A stretch of 64,000 nucleotides of DNA from Zancudomyces culisetae HAW-14-8 (lineage: Eukaryota; Fungi; Kickxellomycota): positions 620,001 to 684,000 of the forward strand of contig JBNJNM010000010.1 of the NCBI GenBank assembly GCA_052426225.1. Direction: 5' to 3'. Shown one piece after another: positions 24,396 to 36,091 of this stretch. Made by a program: the position numbers and the translations under genes. The notes below the pieces were generated by a model. That model worked only from the letters and a program-made list of their open reading frames with translations, was not told the origin of the DNA and did no database searches. The stretch's first letter is position 1; each line of letters begins with the position of its first letter.

Positions 24396-27300
24396 TGTTA
24401 ACTTTCGACCCTTTTCTGCTAGTAGTCGTAGTTATTCGTATTTAGTTGGTTTAAAATTTAATAGAAAAGTTAATTATCTACTTGTTTTGTTCGAAACTCT
24501 AACTAACTATTAAGACTTGCTTATTATTTTGGTTATTATTCTTTATTTTTTATTGCTAAAAAGTTGTTATCCTAAAAGTTATTCTTCCAAACTATAAATA
24601 AAATTTATATATAAACTATTTTTTTTCCATCTATTTTGTTATCTCAATTTTTTTGTGTTATCAATTTTTGTTTTGTAATTTCTTGGCTCATTAAAAAAAC
24701 CCAAATTGTTAGGGAAAAAAGAGTCCAATTTTTCCACTAATTTTAATATAGTAATTTATCAGAATTGACTTTGTCAATTCGTATTTTTTATAATATATAA
24801 TTAATTATGCAACAGAACCCCCATCCCAAATTGGACGTACAGGGTTTTTAAAACGCTGCAACTTCGATCTAAGCTGTGTAGTAACTTCAGGAACCATTCG
24901 ATTACTATGGAAAAAACTTTTCAGTGAATCGCCATTCACAATGTCACGATTTCCATCCGAATCTGCGATCAGGTAAGCACCTAAATTTAGTTTTTTCAAC
25001 ACTCGGTATGGACCTTCCCATACCTCCTGAAACTTGTCGGTAACGTGTTCAATCAGTTTTAAGACCATTTCGTCAACTTTGAAATTTACTAATCTTACTC
25101 TTCGGTCATATATTAACTTCATATTTTGCTTTGCTTTGACACTTTTTTGATAGCCTATGCTTCGTAGTTCGGGTATACTGGTGTTTATGGCTGCAATTCT
25201 TTCCTGGATGGCGAGATCTAAATCGCTGATTTCGGCCGGCGGAGACCATAACGCAGGCGTACTTAACTTTACTCCGTATAGTAGTTCGGCCGGGCTCATG
25301 CCTGTGCTTCTGTTTCTCATTGTCCTGATAACCAGTAGCGACTTCCATAAGTAAGAGTCCCAATTGTTTTTGTCTGCTTTGCATTGTCTTGCTAACGTAT
25401 TTTTTAGGGTTTGGTTCAGGCGCTCGACCTGACCATTTGACTGCGGGCGATACGGTGTGGATGGTGTATGTTTAATTCCGAGGTACTTATAAACTGTGTC
25501 TGCTGCTTCGCTGATAAAACCCGAGCCTCTATCAGTGATTATTTGATCGGGGGTACCGTAGTACTGAACTATGTGAGTTATTATAAAGTTAATTATAGTA
25601 TCCGATTTTATATTTTCTACGGCCTCAGCTACAGGCCAGCGCGTAAAATAGTCAATGCCCGTGAGAATGTAACGGTTTCCTTGAGCAGATACTGGACTAA
25701 TAGGGCCAACTGCATCTAGTCCAAAGATGCCAAAAGGTTTGTGGACGTATATCGGCTGAAGCTCGTTGTTCCTATTGCGATTTCCAATATATCTCTGACA
25801 TACTAGACATTCTTTTACTACTTTTTTAACAGTTTTAAATAAATCGTTTCCTGTATACTTCTCTGCGATTCTCCTCCACGTATTCTCGATTCCTTGATGA
25901 GACTCGTCATGAATCTCTTTAACCTTTTCAGTTATGTTATTTCTTAATAAAACTTCCTTCCAAACTTCCTTACATAATTTGAATAATTTGTTGTTGATAA
26001 GCTTGAATTTTTTAGATAAATAATTAATCTTTTTCTTTGACACTTCGTCGCTTTGCTCTGGGTACCTATTATTTAGTAAATATTCTAAAATAGTTTCGTT
26101 AGATATTTTTGTTACAGAAAATACATCTATAACTTCCTCAACCGATGTAGTAGGTTCTAATCTTGATAGGGCATCAGCGGGGTTTGACTTTCCTTTGCAA
26201 TGGACAATTGTATAGTCATAATTTCGAAGAATCATAGCCCACCTGGCTACTCTTCCGGCTATATCTTTTCCATTGAACAAATTCAGTAAAGCTTTATGGT
26301 CCGTACGTATAGTGAAATGGCGTCCCCACAGGTAATGTTTGAATTTTTTTACGCCCCAAATTACAGCTAAACCCTCGAGATGGGTAATAGAGTAATTTCT
26401 CTCATGCTTGTTTGTGGTTTTACTAGCAAAACAAATAGGTCTCTCGCCAAGTTCCGAAGATTGTGAAAGTATAGCACCAACGCCTTCAATTGAAGCGTCA
26501 GTGGTAAGTATAAACTCTGAATCCCAATTTGGATGAGCTAATGTGGGTGCGGTACAAAGGCTTTGTTTTAATAAATTAACTGCATTTTCTTGTTCAATAG
26601 ACCATTTCCAAGTGTTTTCTTTCCTAAGTAGTTTGACTAAAGGCGCGGAAATCAATGCATAACGGTCCACGAATTTGCGATAATACCCGACTAGACCGAG
26701 AAAAGATTGTAGTTCCTTGACGTTATTAGGTACCTTTGCTTCTGTAATTGCTTTTATTTTATCATTTGTAGTACCAATTCCCTCAGAAGACACGGTATGT
26801 CCCAAGTAACACAATTTATTCATTCCTAATAAACACTTATCACTATGCAGTTGAATTTTATGTTGTCTAAGTAGCTCAAATACCTTTTTTAAATCCTCCA
26901 CATGCTGCTCAACTGACTGAGAGTAAATAATAATGTCGTCAATAAAAACGACTGCGATCTTCCAAAGTACTGGCGAAAGGGCTTTCTCCATAAGTCGTTG
27001 AAAAGAGGCCGGGCTGTTTGTCAGCCCAAACGGCATGACATTGTAGCAGTAGCTACCGCCTCCAGGGATTGCAAACGCGGTTTTTAATCTGTCTTTGGCT
27101 GCCATTCTTATTTGCCAAAACCCAGATAGCGCGTCTAAGCTGGTAAATATTTTGCTTCCGGCAAGCGACATAAATATATCATCTATAGTAGGTAACGGAT
27201 AACAATCCTTTTTGGTTACCTGGTTCAGCTTCCTATAATCTGCACATATCCTTAACCTGCCATTCTTTTTATAAACTGTTACGACTGGCGAACACCACTC

Positions 27301-29712
27301 TGAATAACACGGTGAAATTATTCCTTTATTCTCCATTTCAATTTACTCATTTCTAACCTTTTCTTGCATATGATAGGGAATTCTGTATGGGCGCTGCTTG
27401 ATCGGTGTATGATCTGTTAGTTCAATACTATGCTCTGTGAGATTAGTTTGGGTAAGCTCCCCTATGTCTTCAACAAAGATATCAGCATATTGCTCTCGTA
27501 GTTTGATAAACCTTTCATTCTCGATTTGCTTGTTATCACTTTCAACACCATTTTCACTCTTCACCATAAAATATAGCTCAGTTTCTTGTGGCCAGTAAGT
27601 CGTATCTTCTGCAAGTATTTTCATTGGTATAACTAATATTTCTGAATGTGTGTGTATCTTTAGTTCTCTGCTTCTTGGATCTATAATCCCGTGGTGCCTA
27701 TACAACCAATCTGTGCCGAGAATTAAAGTACTTCCTTTGCGATTCATAACTATGAGCTCTGCTTCTAGTAAGTGATTTCCTATAGTTATAGGTACTTTGT
27801 TCATAACACCTTCAGTGAGATGTTTTGTTCCATCAGCTGTTACCAACACTTGTCTGTGCCAACCCTCTGGTTCTATGCCCCACTGCTCAACCATGCTTGG
27901 TGTAGTTACAGAACAAGCGGCTCCAGAGTCAACAACAGCCCAATAGTTTTTGTTGAATACCGTGACCATGACCCGGCAGTTGCTGATTTTTTGTGGTAAT
28001 ATCCTGATTTCATTTACTTCTTGTTTTTTTATTTTTTTAGAAAGACTATTAAACTCTGTTGCTATGGTAGGAGAAACGGCTATTAACTGAGGTAGACTAA
28101 TCTTTGGATAAAACTGGTTAAATTCAGATTGTAGATTGAATGGCTCGACGTTTTCGATAATGCGCTGGATGGTTTTCTGTTTTTTATTCACTATAGTGAC
28201 TTCAGGTGTAACTTCCATATCCATGTCCACAACATTATCTGTTATAGTTGCCTCAGGTTTTATAATAACAGGTTTCATCTTTCTAACTGGTTTATTATCA
28301 CTTATATATGGCTTACTGATATTTGATTTAGCTTTTTGCCTTTGCACTAAGTAAACATCATTATCTGGCGTGTCATCAGTGTCAATATCCGTGTCATCGA
28401 CTGGTAGTAACTCAATAGTGCTGATTTCTTTTTTACTTTGTACCTCATCTGTTTTGGTAGTTCCAATCTTTGTACACTGACTCTTGTAGTGTCCTGTTGT
28501 TCTACAGATAGAACAGTACGGTGGCCTTTGATAACGCTGTTGCATACTTTTACTTATAGCAATGTCAATTTTCTTTTCAACAACCTCTTCGACTTTTGAA
28601 AGTAAGTTTATACTCCATTCTTCCATCTTGGATATCATCTCATCATAACCAATCTTTTGATCAGTCATTTCTTTTATTGGTTTGCCAGGTCCGGTTAGTC
28701 TGTAAGATTTTGATGTAGATGAATTTGTCTCTGCGATGTCTGTAGAATTGTAACTAGGGGTATCTATATCCAGATTTATGGCATTTATGATAGTATCCCA
28801 CTCTTGATAATTTGATTCTAGGACTCTTGCTTTATATTTTGGACTCAATGCACTGATTAACCAATTGACCTTATGTTTGTCATCTGTTATACCAGATTTT
28901 TGTAGAGCTATTTCTAAAGCATACTCAAATTCGTCAACAGAATTGTAACCTGACTGACAAATGCTTTTTAGTGTCTCGATTGACTGATGAGCTTTGATTT
29001 TATTTATGAACTTTTTATTGAATGAAGAAACGACAGAATTCCAATCGGTGAATGTACTCTTTTGCCTAATATACCAAATCTTTTCACGGTTACCTAGATG
29101 TGCAGGTAAATATTTTATTAGATCTTCGTCAGACCAATTTCTGAGTCTGGCACTCAAACTGTACGAATCAATCCAATCTTCTGGGTTGTCAATTTCTGAG
29201 TTAAACTTTTCAACTAGTGTCATGTTTGATTTAAAGGTGTTTATTTAATATTTTAGCTATAAAACGGACTCCAAGTCCTGGCTGGATCACCACTGTTAAC
29301 TTTCGACCCTTTTCTGCTAGTAGTCGTAGTTATTCGTATTTAGTTGGTTTAAAATTTAATAGAAAAGTTAATTATCTACTTGTTTTGTTCGAAACTCTAA
29401 CTAACTATTAAGACTTGCTTATTATTTTGGTTATTATTCTTTATTTTTTATTGCTAAAAAGTTGTTATCCTAAAAGTTATTCTTCCAAACTATAAATAAA
29501 ATTTATATATAAACTATTTTTTTTCCATCTATTTTGTTATCTCAATTTTTTTGTGTTATCAATTTTTGTTTTGTAATTTCTTGGCTCATTAAAAAAACCC
29601 AAATTGTTAGGGAAAAAAGAGTCCAATTTTTCCACTAATTTTAATATAGTAATTTATCAGAATTGACTTTGTCAATTCGTATTTTTTATAATATATAATT
29701 AATTATGCAACA
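24396..29712 (-). mobile_element. Ty3/gypsy LTR retrotransposon A, full length
   Basis: Apparently identical 419-bp TG..CA LTRs (24396-24814, 29294-29712); TSD TGTC; PBS 29292-29275; PPT next to 24815; order gag-PR-RT-RH-IN. Confidence 0.96.
24805..29223 (-). pseudogene. Element A gag-pol polyprotein with one in-frame TAA (27345-27343)
   Basis: CSICRTTGHYKSQC knuckle, VDSGA protease, FIDD RT, TDAS RNase H, HHCC and DDE integrase, GPY motif; both ORFs lie in the same frame. Confidence 0.9.
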
Positions 29713-29717
29713 TGTCT

Positions 29718-32700
29718 TGTCGTATTAGTTTTTATAGTATATGTATGGGCACTTTTTCCCACTGGGTTTTTCCCCATACATTTGTTTAATTATTAGTATT
29801 AATATCATTTAATTTTATTAACGCATTTATATGTTTCAAAATAAATCAGTGTAATTTATCATGCGGATAAATTACACCAAACCACGTGTGTTAACACGGG
29901 GTAACGATGCTGTTTTGAGTGAACTGTTAACATGATAAGAAATGTAGGGGTAGAAAAGATAAACAACGCATCAATTAATAAAACATGTTTGAACAACAGA
30001 AGAACATGTTAGTGATTTCAAAACAATGTTGACATACAGAAAAACTATATAAACCCCAACTTTTCTTCACTTTTTGAAAAAGGATCGAACTATTATTTAA
30101 ATATCTTATTACTTTATATATATAATAAAACTTAATAAATAAATATTCACTAGTATACAAATAATAAAAATACTACATTTTGGTGATCCAGCCAGGACCA
30201 GGCTGACATAAAGCAGAAAATGATTGGAAATTCTACCGCAGCAAAAAAGCTTATGGAGCCAGTACTATTCACAGGAGAAAGCAGAATTAACGTTGCCACA
30301 TGGACCAGAAGATATGAACTGTATGGAAGAAGTGAACAGTGGTCTGAAGAAGATCAAATTGACTATATGGAATTATTTTTGGATGGCAAGGCATTAAAAT
30401 GGTATGAAAGGGAAAGACTTAGAGTAGGTACTTGGCCTGAGTTAAGGAATGAATTCATAAGGAAGTTTAGCAGCGTAGAATCAGACATAAGATCATGGAG
30501 AGAGCTTCAGCTATTAAGACAGAACAGTACTGAGGAGCTAGAAGATTTCTTGTTCAAGATAGAATTACTATTTGAGAAATCAAATACAACCAACAATGAA
30601 ATAAAATTCAAATGCCTGATCAGTTCCTTAAGACCTGAATTTCAAGAAGAAATAATAAAATCAAGAGCAACTACATACAATGAAGCAGTTAGGGTCGCAA
30701 CTGAAAAGGAAAACATGGACAAACTATGCAAAATTAATATTACTAATGACAATGAAAATGAAGAAAATGGTAAAGAAATGAAGAAAATGATGAATGAAAT
30801 TAAAGAAATGAAAAAGTACATAATGAAAACAACCAAAGAACATTTAGACCAAACGGATTCGGTGAAGAAACCGAGCAGAATGAGACTTTCGGAACAAGAA
30901 AAAGCAGAGTTACAAAGGAAAAATGCATGCTTTTTCTGTAGGGAAGAGGGTCACTACAGTTCTAAGTGCCCAAAAGGACCTTGGAACTTAAGGAATAATG
31001 ACGAAAGGCAAAGTATTAAACCACACACTTTGCAATTCATAGACAGGCAGATATCACCTTCAGCATCATCAGAGACCGGAGTTAAGATATCAGATGTTTA
31101 TGTGTTGGATAAAATGTGGCAGGAATTAAACATAGTGGAAAAACGCAGATTATTAGAACAGGATCGCACCGAAAAACTAAAATCCATCAAACTGACAGAT
31201 GACTTAAATGCAGAGACCATACCTAAAAGCAGTAATGTTGACCAACCACTGACAGAAGTAGTAGATAATAAGAATATACTACCAAAAAAACAAGCACCTA
31301 AACAATCAATGATGGAAATGAAATCCAACCAGCCAAACCAAGATTATTCTATACAAAGAGAGTTGGATAACATGAAAGCAAACATATCTGTATCACAATT
31401 GATAAAAGCTGCACCTATAGTAAGAAATGAGCTTAGCAGAATATTCAAAAATGCTGGTACAAGTAAGGATATAAGCACAGTAAAAAACAAGGAAACATCA
31501 AATTGCAAAGCAGTAGTAACAGTAGGAACAATCAGCTGTAAAGCGGTAATTGACACTGGAGCCGCTTGCTGCGTAGTAACAAGACAAATGGCAAATAAAC
31601 TTAAGTTGGAAGCGGACGTACAAGTTAACGAGGTGATACTTACTGCAGACGGACAGCATCATCATATATCAAACATGATCGCCAATGTTCCTATTAAAAT
31701 TATGGGCAAAAGGTTTAACGGTAATCTGCTATTGATGGAGGGAAAGGATGAATCGTTAGTGCTGGGAACCGATTGGCTCAAAAAGCATGGAGCTATAATA
31801 GATATGAATACGCTGGAGTTGTTATTACCATATAATCATGAGCAACTGGTGGTACCGTTGGAAATGCATAAAGATGCATGCAAATCTAGTAATGAAATGC
31901 TTATTGGAATTGCAAAAGAAGTATGCAGAGTGGAAAACAATAATCAAGAGGAAATTTTGGATCAGAGAATCAGAGAATTAGTATCAAAGAACAAGGACAT
32001 CCTAGCAAAAGATCTGTCAGAGCTAACAAGCACTAATGTCGTAGAACACGAAATTGTAACAGATGGCAACAAACCCGTAAAGTCAAGGCCATACCGAGTT
32101 CCGCATGCAATGAAAGAAATGGTCAGACAGGAGATCTATCGCATGAAGGAAGCTGGAATAATCGAGCCTTGTCAGTCAGACTGGTGTTCTCCAGTCGTGA
32201 CTGTATGAAAAAAAAACGGTGGAATAAGAATCTGTTCAGATTACAGACGCTTAAATTCAGTTACACGCAAAGATCACTATCCCCTTCCGGTAATAGAGGA
32301 TATATTTGAGGCTCTGGCAGGTGCATCAGTTTATAGCGTACTAGATGCAATGTCAGGATTCTGGCAAGTTCGAATCAGTGAGAAGGACAAGTTAAAAACA
32401 GCGTTCTCTTTTCCAGGCGAAGGTCTTTATTGCTATAACGTAATGCCGTTTGGCCTTTCTAATAGCCCCGCAACATTCCAAAGGCTAATGGAAAAAGTAT
32501 TGGACTCAGTTTTATGGAAATCTGTTGTTGTTTTTATTGACGATATAGTTGTTTTTTCAGAAAACTTAGATATACATTTAAAAGACCTCGATAATGTTTT
32601 TGAATTATTGAGAAAGGCAAGAATAAAGCTTAATTATGCTAAATGCGTTTTCGCCCAGAAACGCATTGAGTATTTAGGCCACATCATAAGTGGTGAAGGG

Positions 32701-35169
32701 ATAGAAACAAATCCAAAAAAAACTGAGGCAGTAGCAAAACTCTCCTATCCTACTACAGTTAAGGAAGTACAAAGTTTTCTGGGTATGACAGGATATTACA
32801 GAAAGTTTGTCAAGAATTATGCATCAATTACTAGACCTTTAACGCAACTATTGAGAAAAGATGTAACTTGGCATTGGAGTGAAGAATGTACACAAGCAGT
32901 AGACAAACTCAAGACACTACTGAAAGAAGCCCCTATTCTGAGACACCCATCATGGGACAAGACCTTCACGATAACAACTGATGCCTCTGCAAATGGACTA
33001 GGCGCCATTCTTAGCCAAACAGAAAGCGGCAAAGAGCATCCAATAGCGTACGCAAGTAGGTCACTTACTAAACCAGAAAGAAACTACTCTGCAACACATC
33101 TAGAAGGACTTGGAGTTATCTGGGCTGTTAATCACTTCAGGAATTACGTCTGGGGAAAAAGATTTAAAATAGTCACAGATCATTCAGCCTTAATTAATTT
33201 ATTTCACTCAAAGCAAGCTACAGGGAGACTAGCTAGATGGGCTCTCATTTTGAAAGAATATGATTTTGAAATAAGTCACAGAAAGGGCACGTTAAATCCT
33301 GCTGACTATCTGTCCAGGGCAACACCTAATGATAAACAAGAATTCAAGCAGGAAGAGGTTGAAGAAGAATGCATAACATTATTCAGCATGGAAATTAACA
33401 AACATAATGCCCTAAAACAATACTTGAATGATCGCACATATCCAAATTTAGCCGATGAAGAAGCAAAAAGAAAAATTCGTTTACACGCCACAAGGTACAT
33501 TTTAAAAGACGGAGTACTATTTGCACATAGCAAAAAGTTTGGGCTAAGAGAAGTATTATCTGAAGAAAATGCTTATCTGAAGATCAAGGATTTGCATAAT
33601 CATGACCATACTGGTATCTCCAATACATGGGAGAAGGTCAAGTTAATGTTCACCGGTCCAAATACGTTTGAGATAGTAAAAAAAGTAGTTAACTTTTGCG
33701 AGGTATGCCAAAGATTTAAAGGAGGACCTAAGAGAAGAAACGAAATGGTTCCAATTACAGCCTCAGAGCCATTTGAAATTTTAGGTATAGATGCAATCGG
33801 TCCCATTTCCCCAGTTTCGAGGGATGGAAACCGTTACAACATAACAGCCATGGATTACTATACTAAATGGCCAATTTCAAAGGCAGTAGAAAATATCCAA
33901 ACTGAAACAATAGTCCACTTCTTAGTCTATGATGTTATTATGAATCACGGTGTCCCTAGGAAGTTGATATCTGAATGAGGGTCCGGGTTCATAAGTGAAA
34001 TTGCAGATGAGTTCTATAAGTTTGTAGGTATAGAACATCATCCTACTACGTCCTATCGCCCACAGTCCAACGGCCAAGTTGAAAGATTTAACCAAACGTT
34101 GAAAAATGTCCTATCTAAGTTGTGCTGGAAAGATAAAGAGAATTGGGACAGATATCTATGGAAAGCAATGTTGATTGCTCGCACAATGAAACACCGAATT
34201 TTAGGTGTATCCTCGTCCAAAATGCTTTACGGGAGCAATATAAGAACCCCAGTTACGTGGACTTCTGAAGTTACTAATGAAAATGAAACAGAAGCATTTA
34301 AGGAAAGGCTTAAGTTTGTAGAAGTCAACCTCCCAGTATTAAGAGATCTAGCATCACAAAAGATAATCAAAAACAAGGAATATGAAGTCCAAAGATACAA
34401 TAAGAAAGTAACAGTTTTCAAGTTCAAGTTACTAGATAAAGTACTTAAGAAAGTGGAAATGCCCACTTCAAAGTTTTCAGCATCTTGGGAAGGACCGTAC
34501 ACAGTTGTCAGAGTATTAGAGAGAGGAACTTACATTATCAGAGACAAAGAGAACAACCTAGATCAAGTAAACGGAGACAGACTTAAACCGTATAGGGAAT
34601 CAGAAGGTATGATTCCAGATGTAGCACCAAGCACAATAAGGCCTGTGTTAAGAAGATATAAAGACCATCCTTATTCGAATCGGGACGATCGAAGTTTAGG
34701 AGGGGGTCTGTCGTATTAGTTTTTATAGTATAGGTATGGACATTTTTTCCCACTGGGTTTTTCCCCATACATTTGATTATTTTATTAGTATTATTACCGT
34801 CTATTATTATCATCGCACTTTTATGTTTCAGAATAAATCAGTGTAATTTATCATGCGGATAAATTACACCAAACCACGTGTGTTAACACGGGGTAACGAT
34901 GCTGTTTTGAGTGAACTGTTAACATGATAAGAAATGTAGGGGTAGAAAAGATAAACAACGCATCAATTAATAAAACATGTTTGAACAACAGAAGAACATG
35001 TTAGTGATTTCAAAACAATGTTGACATACAGAAAAACTATATAAACCCCAACTTTTCTTCACTTTTTGAAAAAGGATCGAACTATTATTTAAATATCTTA
35101 TTACTTTATATATATAATAAAACTTAATAAATAAATATTCACTAGTATACAAATAATAAAAATACTACA
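29718..35169 (+). mobile_element. Ty3/gypsy LTR retrotransposon B, full length
   Basis: LTRs 29718-30177 and 34709-35169; TSD GTCT; PBS TGGTGATCCAGCCAGGAC 30181-30198; PPT AGGAGGGGG. Confidence 0.96.
30220..34719 (+). pseudogene. Element B single-frame gag-pol with two in-frame TGA stops (32206, 33976)
   Basis: CFFCREEGHYSSKC, IDTGA, FIDD, TDAS, integrase core, WEGPY; the three ORF-track pieces share one frame. Confidence 0.92.
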
Positions 35170-35173
35170 GTCT

Positions 35174-35661
35174 TGTCGTATTAGTTTTTATAGTATAGGT
35201 ATGGACATTTTTTCCCACTGGGTTTTTCCCCATACATTTGATTATTTTTATTAGTATTATTACCGTCTATTATTATCATCGCACTTTTATGTTTCAGAAT
35301 AAATCAATGTAATTTATCATAATGATAAATTACAATGTACCTCGTTAGTGAAAAACGGGGAAAAGATATGAGATGTTAATCAGGAGTAGTTAAAACAAGA
35401 TAAAACAAGGGGAAGAAGATAAGAAACACAATATTTAGTGAAACTTGTCAGAAAAACTCCAAAACCTGATACAAACGAGAATGTGAATCAAGGAGAAATA
35501 AAACTATATAAACCCTAGATTTTTGACAAAAGTGAAAGACATCATGATAACAACAACATTAATTTTATTAACAACTTTATTAATCTTTAAATCTATCTTT
35601 AATATAAATAACTTATAAATAAAAATATAAAATAAATATAAACATAAAAATATTTACAACA
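35174..35661 (+). mobile_element. Solo LTR C (488 bp), related to the B LTR
   Basis: TGTCGTA...TACAACA, GTCT on both sides; first ~130 nt match the B 3' LTR. Confidence 0.9.
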
Positions 35662-35665
35662 GTCT

Positions 35666-36091
35666 TGTCGTATGAATATATAGATCATAATGTATAGTAG
35701 GTTAATCTACTGTAAATCTCTATTATTCATACTGATTGTCTGATTGTTGCAGATGCTTGCACATCTGTTTTCACCATTGTGGTTTTCCTTTGTGCAGCAA
35801 CAATCAGACAAAGGTTTACTTTATTACTATTAGGATTTTATAGCACTATATATTACAAACTACTTAAATAGCGACGACAAGGTCTAAGGATACCTTGTTC
35901 GGGATTTTATACTCTTTCTTCTAGCGTTTATTATACCAACGATAACTAAATAAAAGATTCTTAACTACAGTTAACTTGTTATTTTAGGAAGGTCCTGGAC
36001 CAATTTTAAACATTAAGTAATAGTGATTACAGCTTCGTCGTACTGTAATACACTCAATATTTTTATACAATATACAATTTTTCATACGACA
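35666..36091. mobile_element. Solo LTR-like unit D (426 bp) with 11-bp terminal inverted repeats
   Basis: TGTCGTATGAA...TTCATACGACA, GTCT on both sides. Confidence 0.85.

Noticed and set aside
24165-24513. ORFs overlapping the tRNAs
   Set aside because: Chance translations of tRNA and LTR sequence.
27343-27345. TAA between the two ORFs of A as a programmed gag/pol boundary
   Set aside because: It falls after the protease, at the RT N-terminus where B and E have a sense codon; nonsense mutation or sequence error is more likely.
29975-35152. Identical 61-aa minus-strand ORFs at 29975 and 34967
   Set aside because: The identity just reflects the duplicated B LTR; there is no evidence of coding selection.
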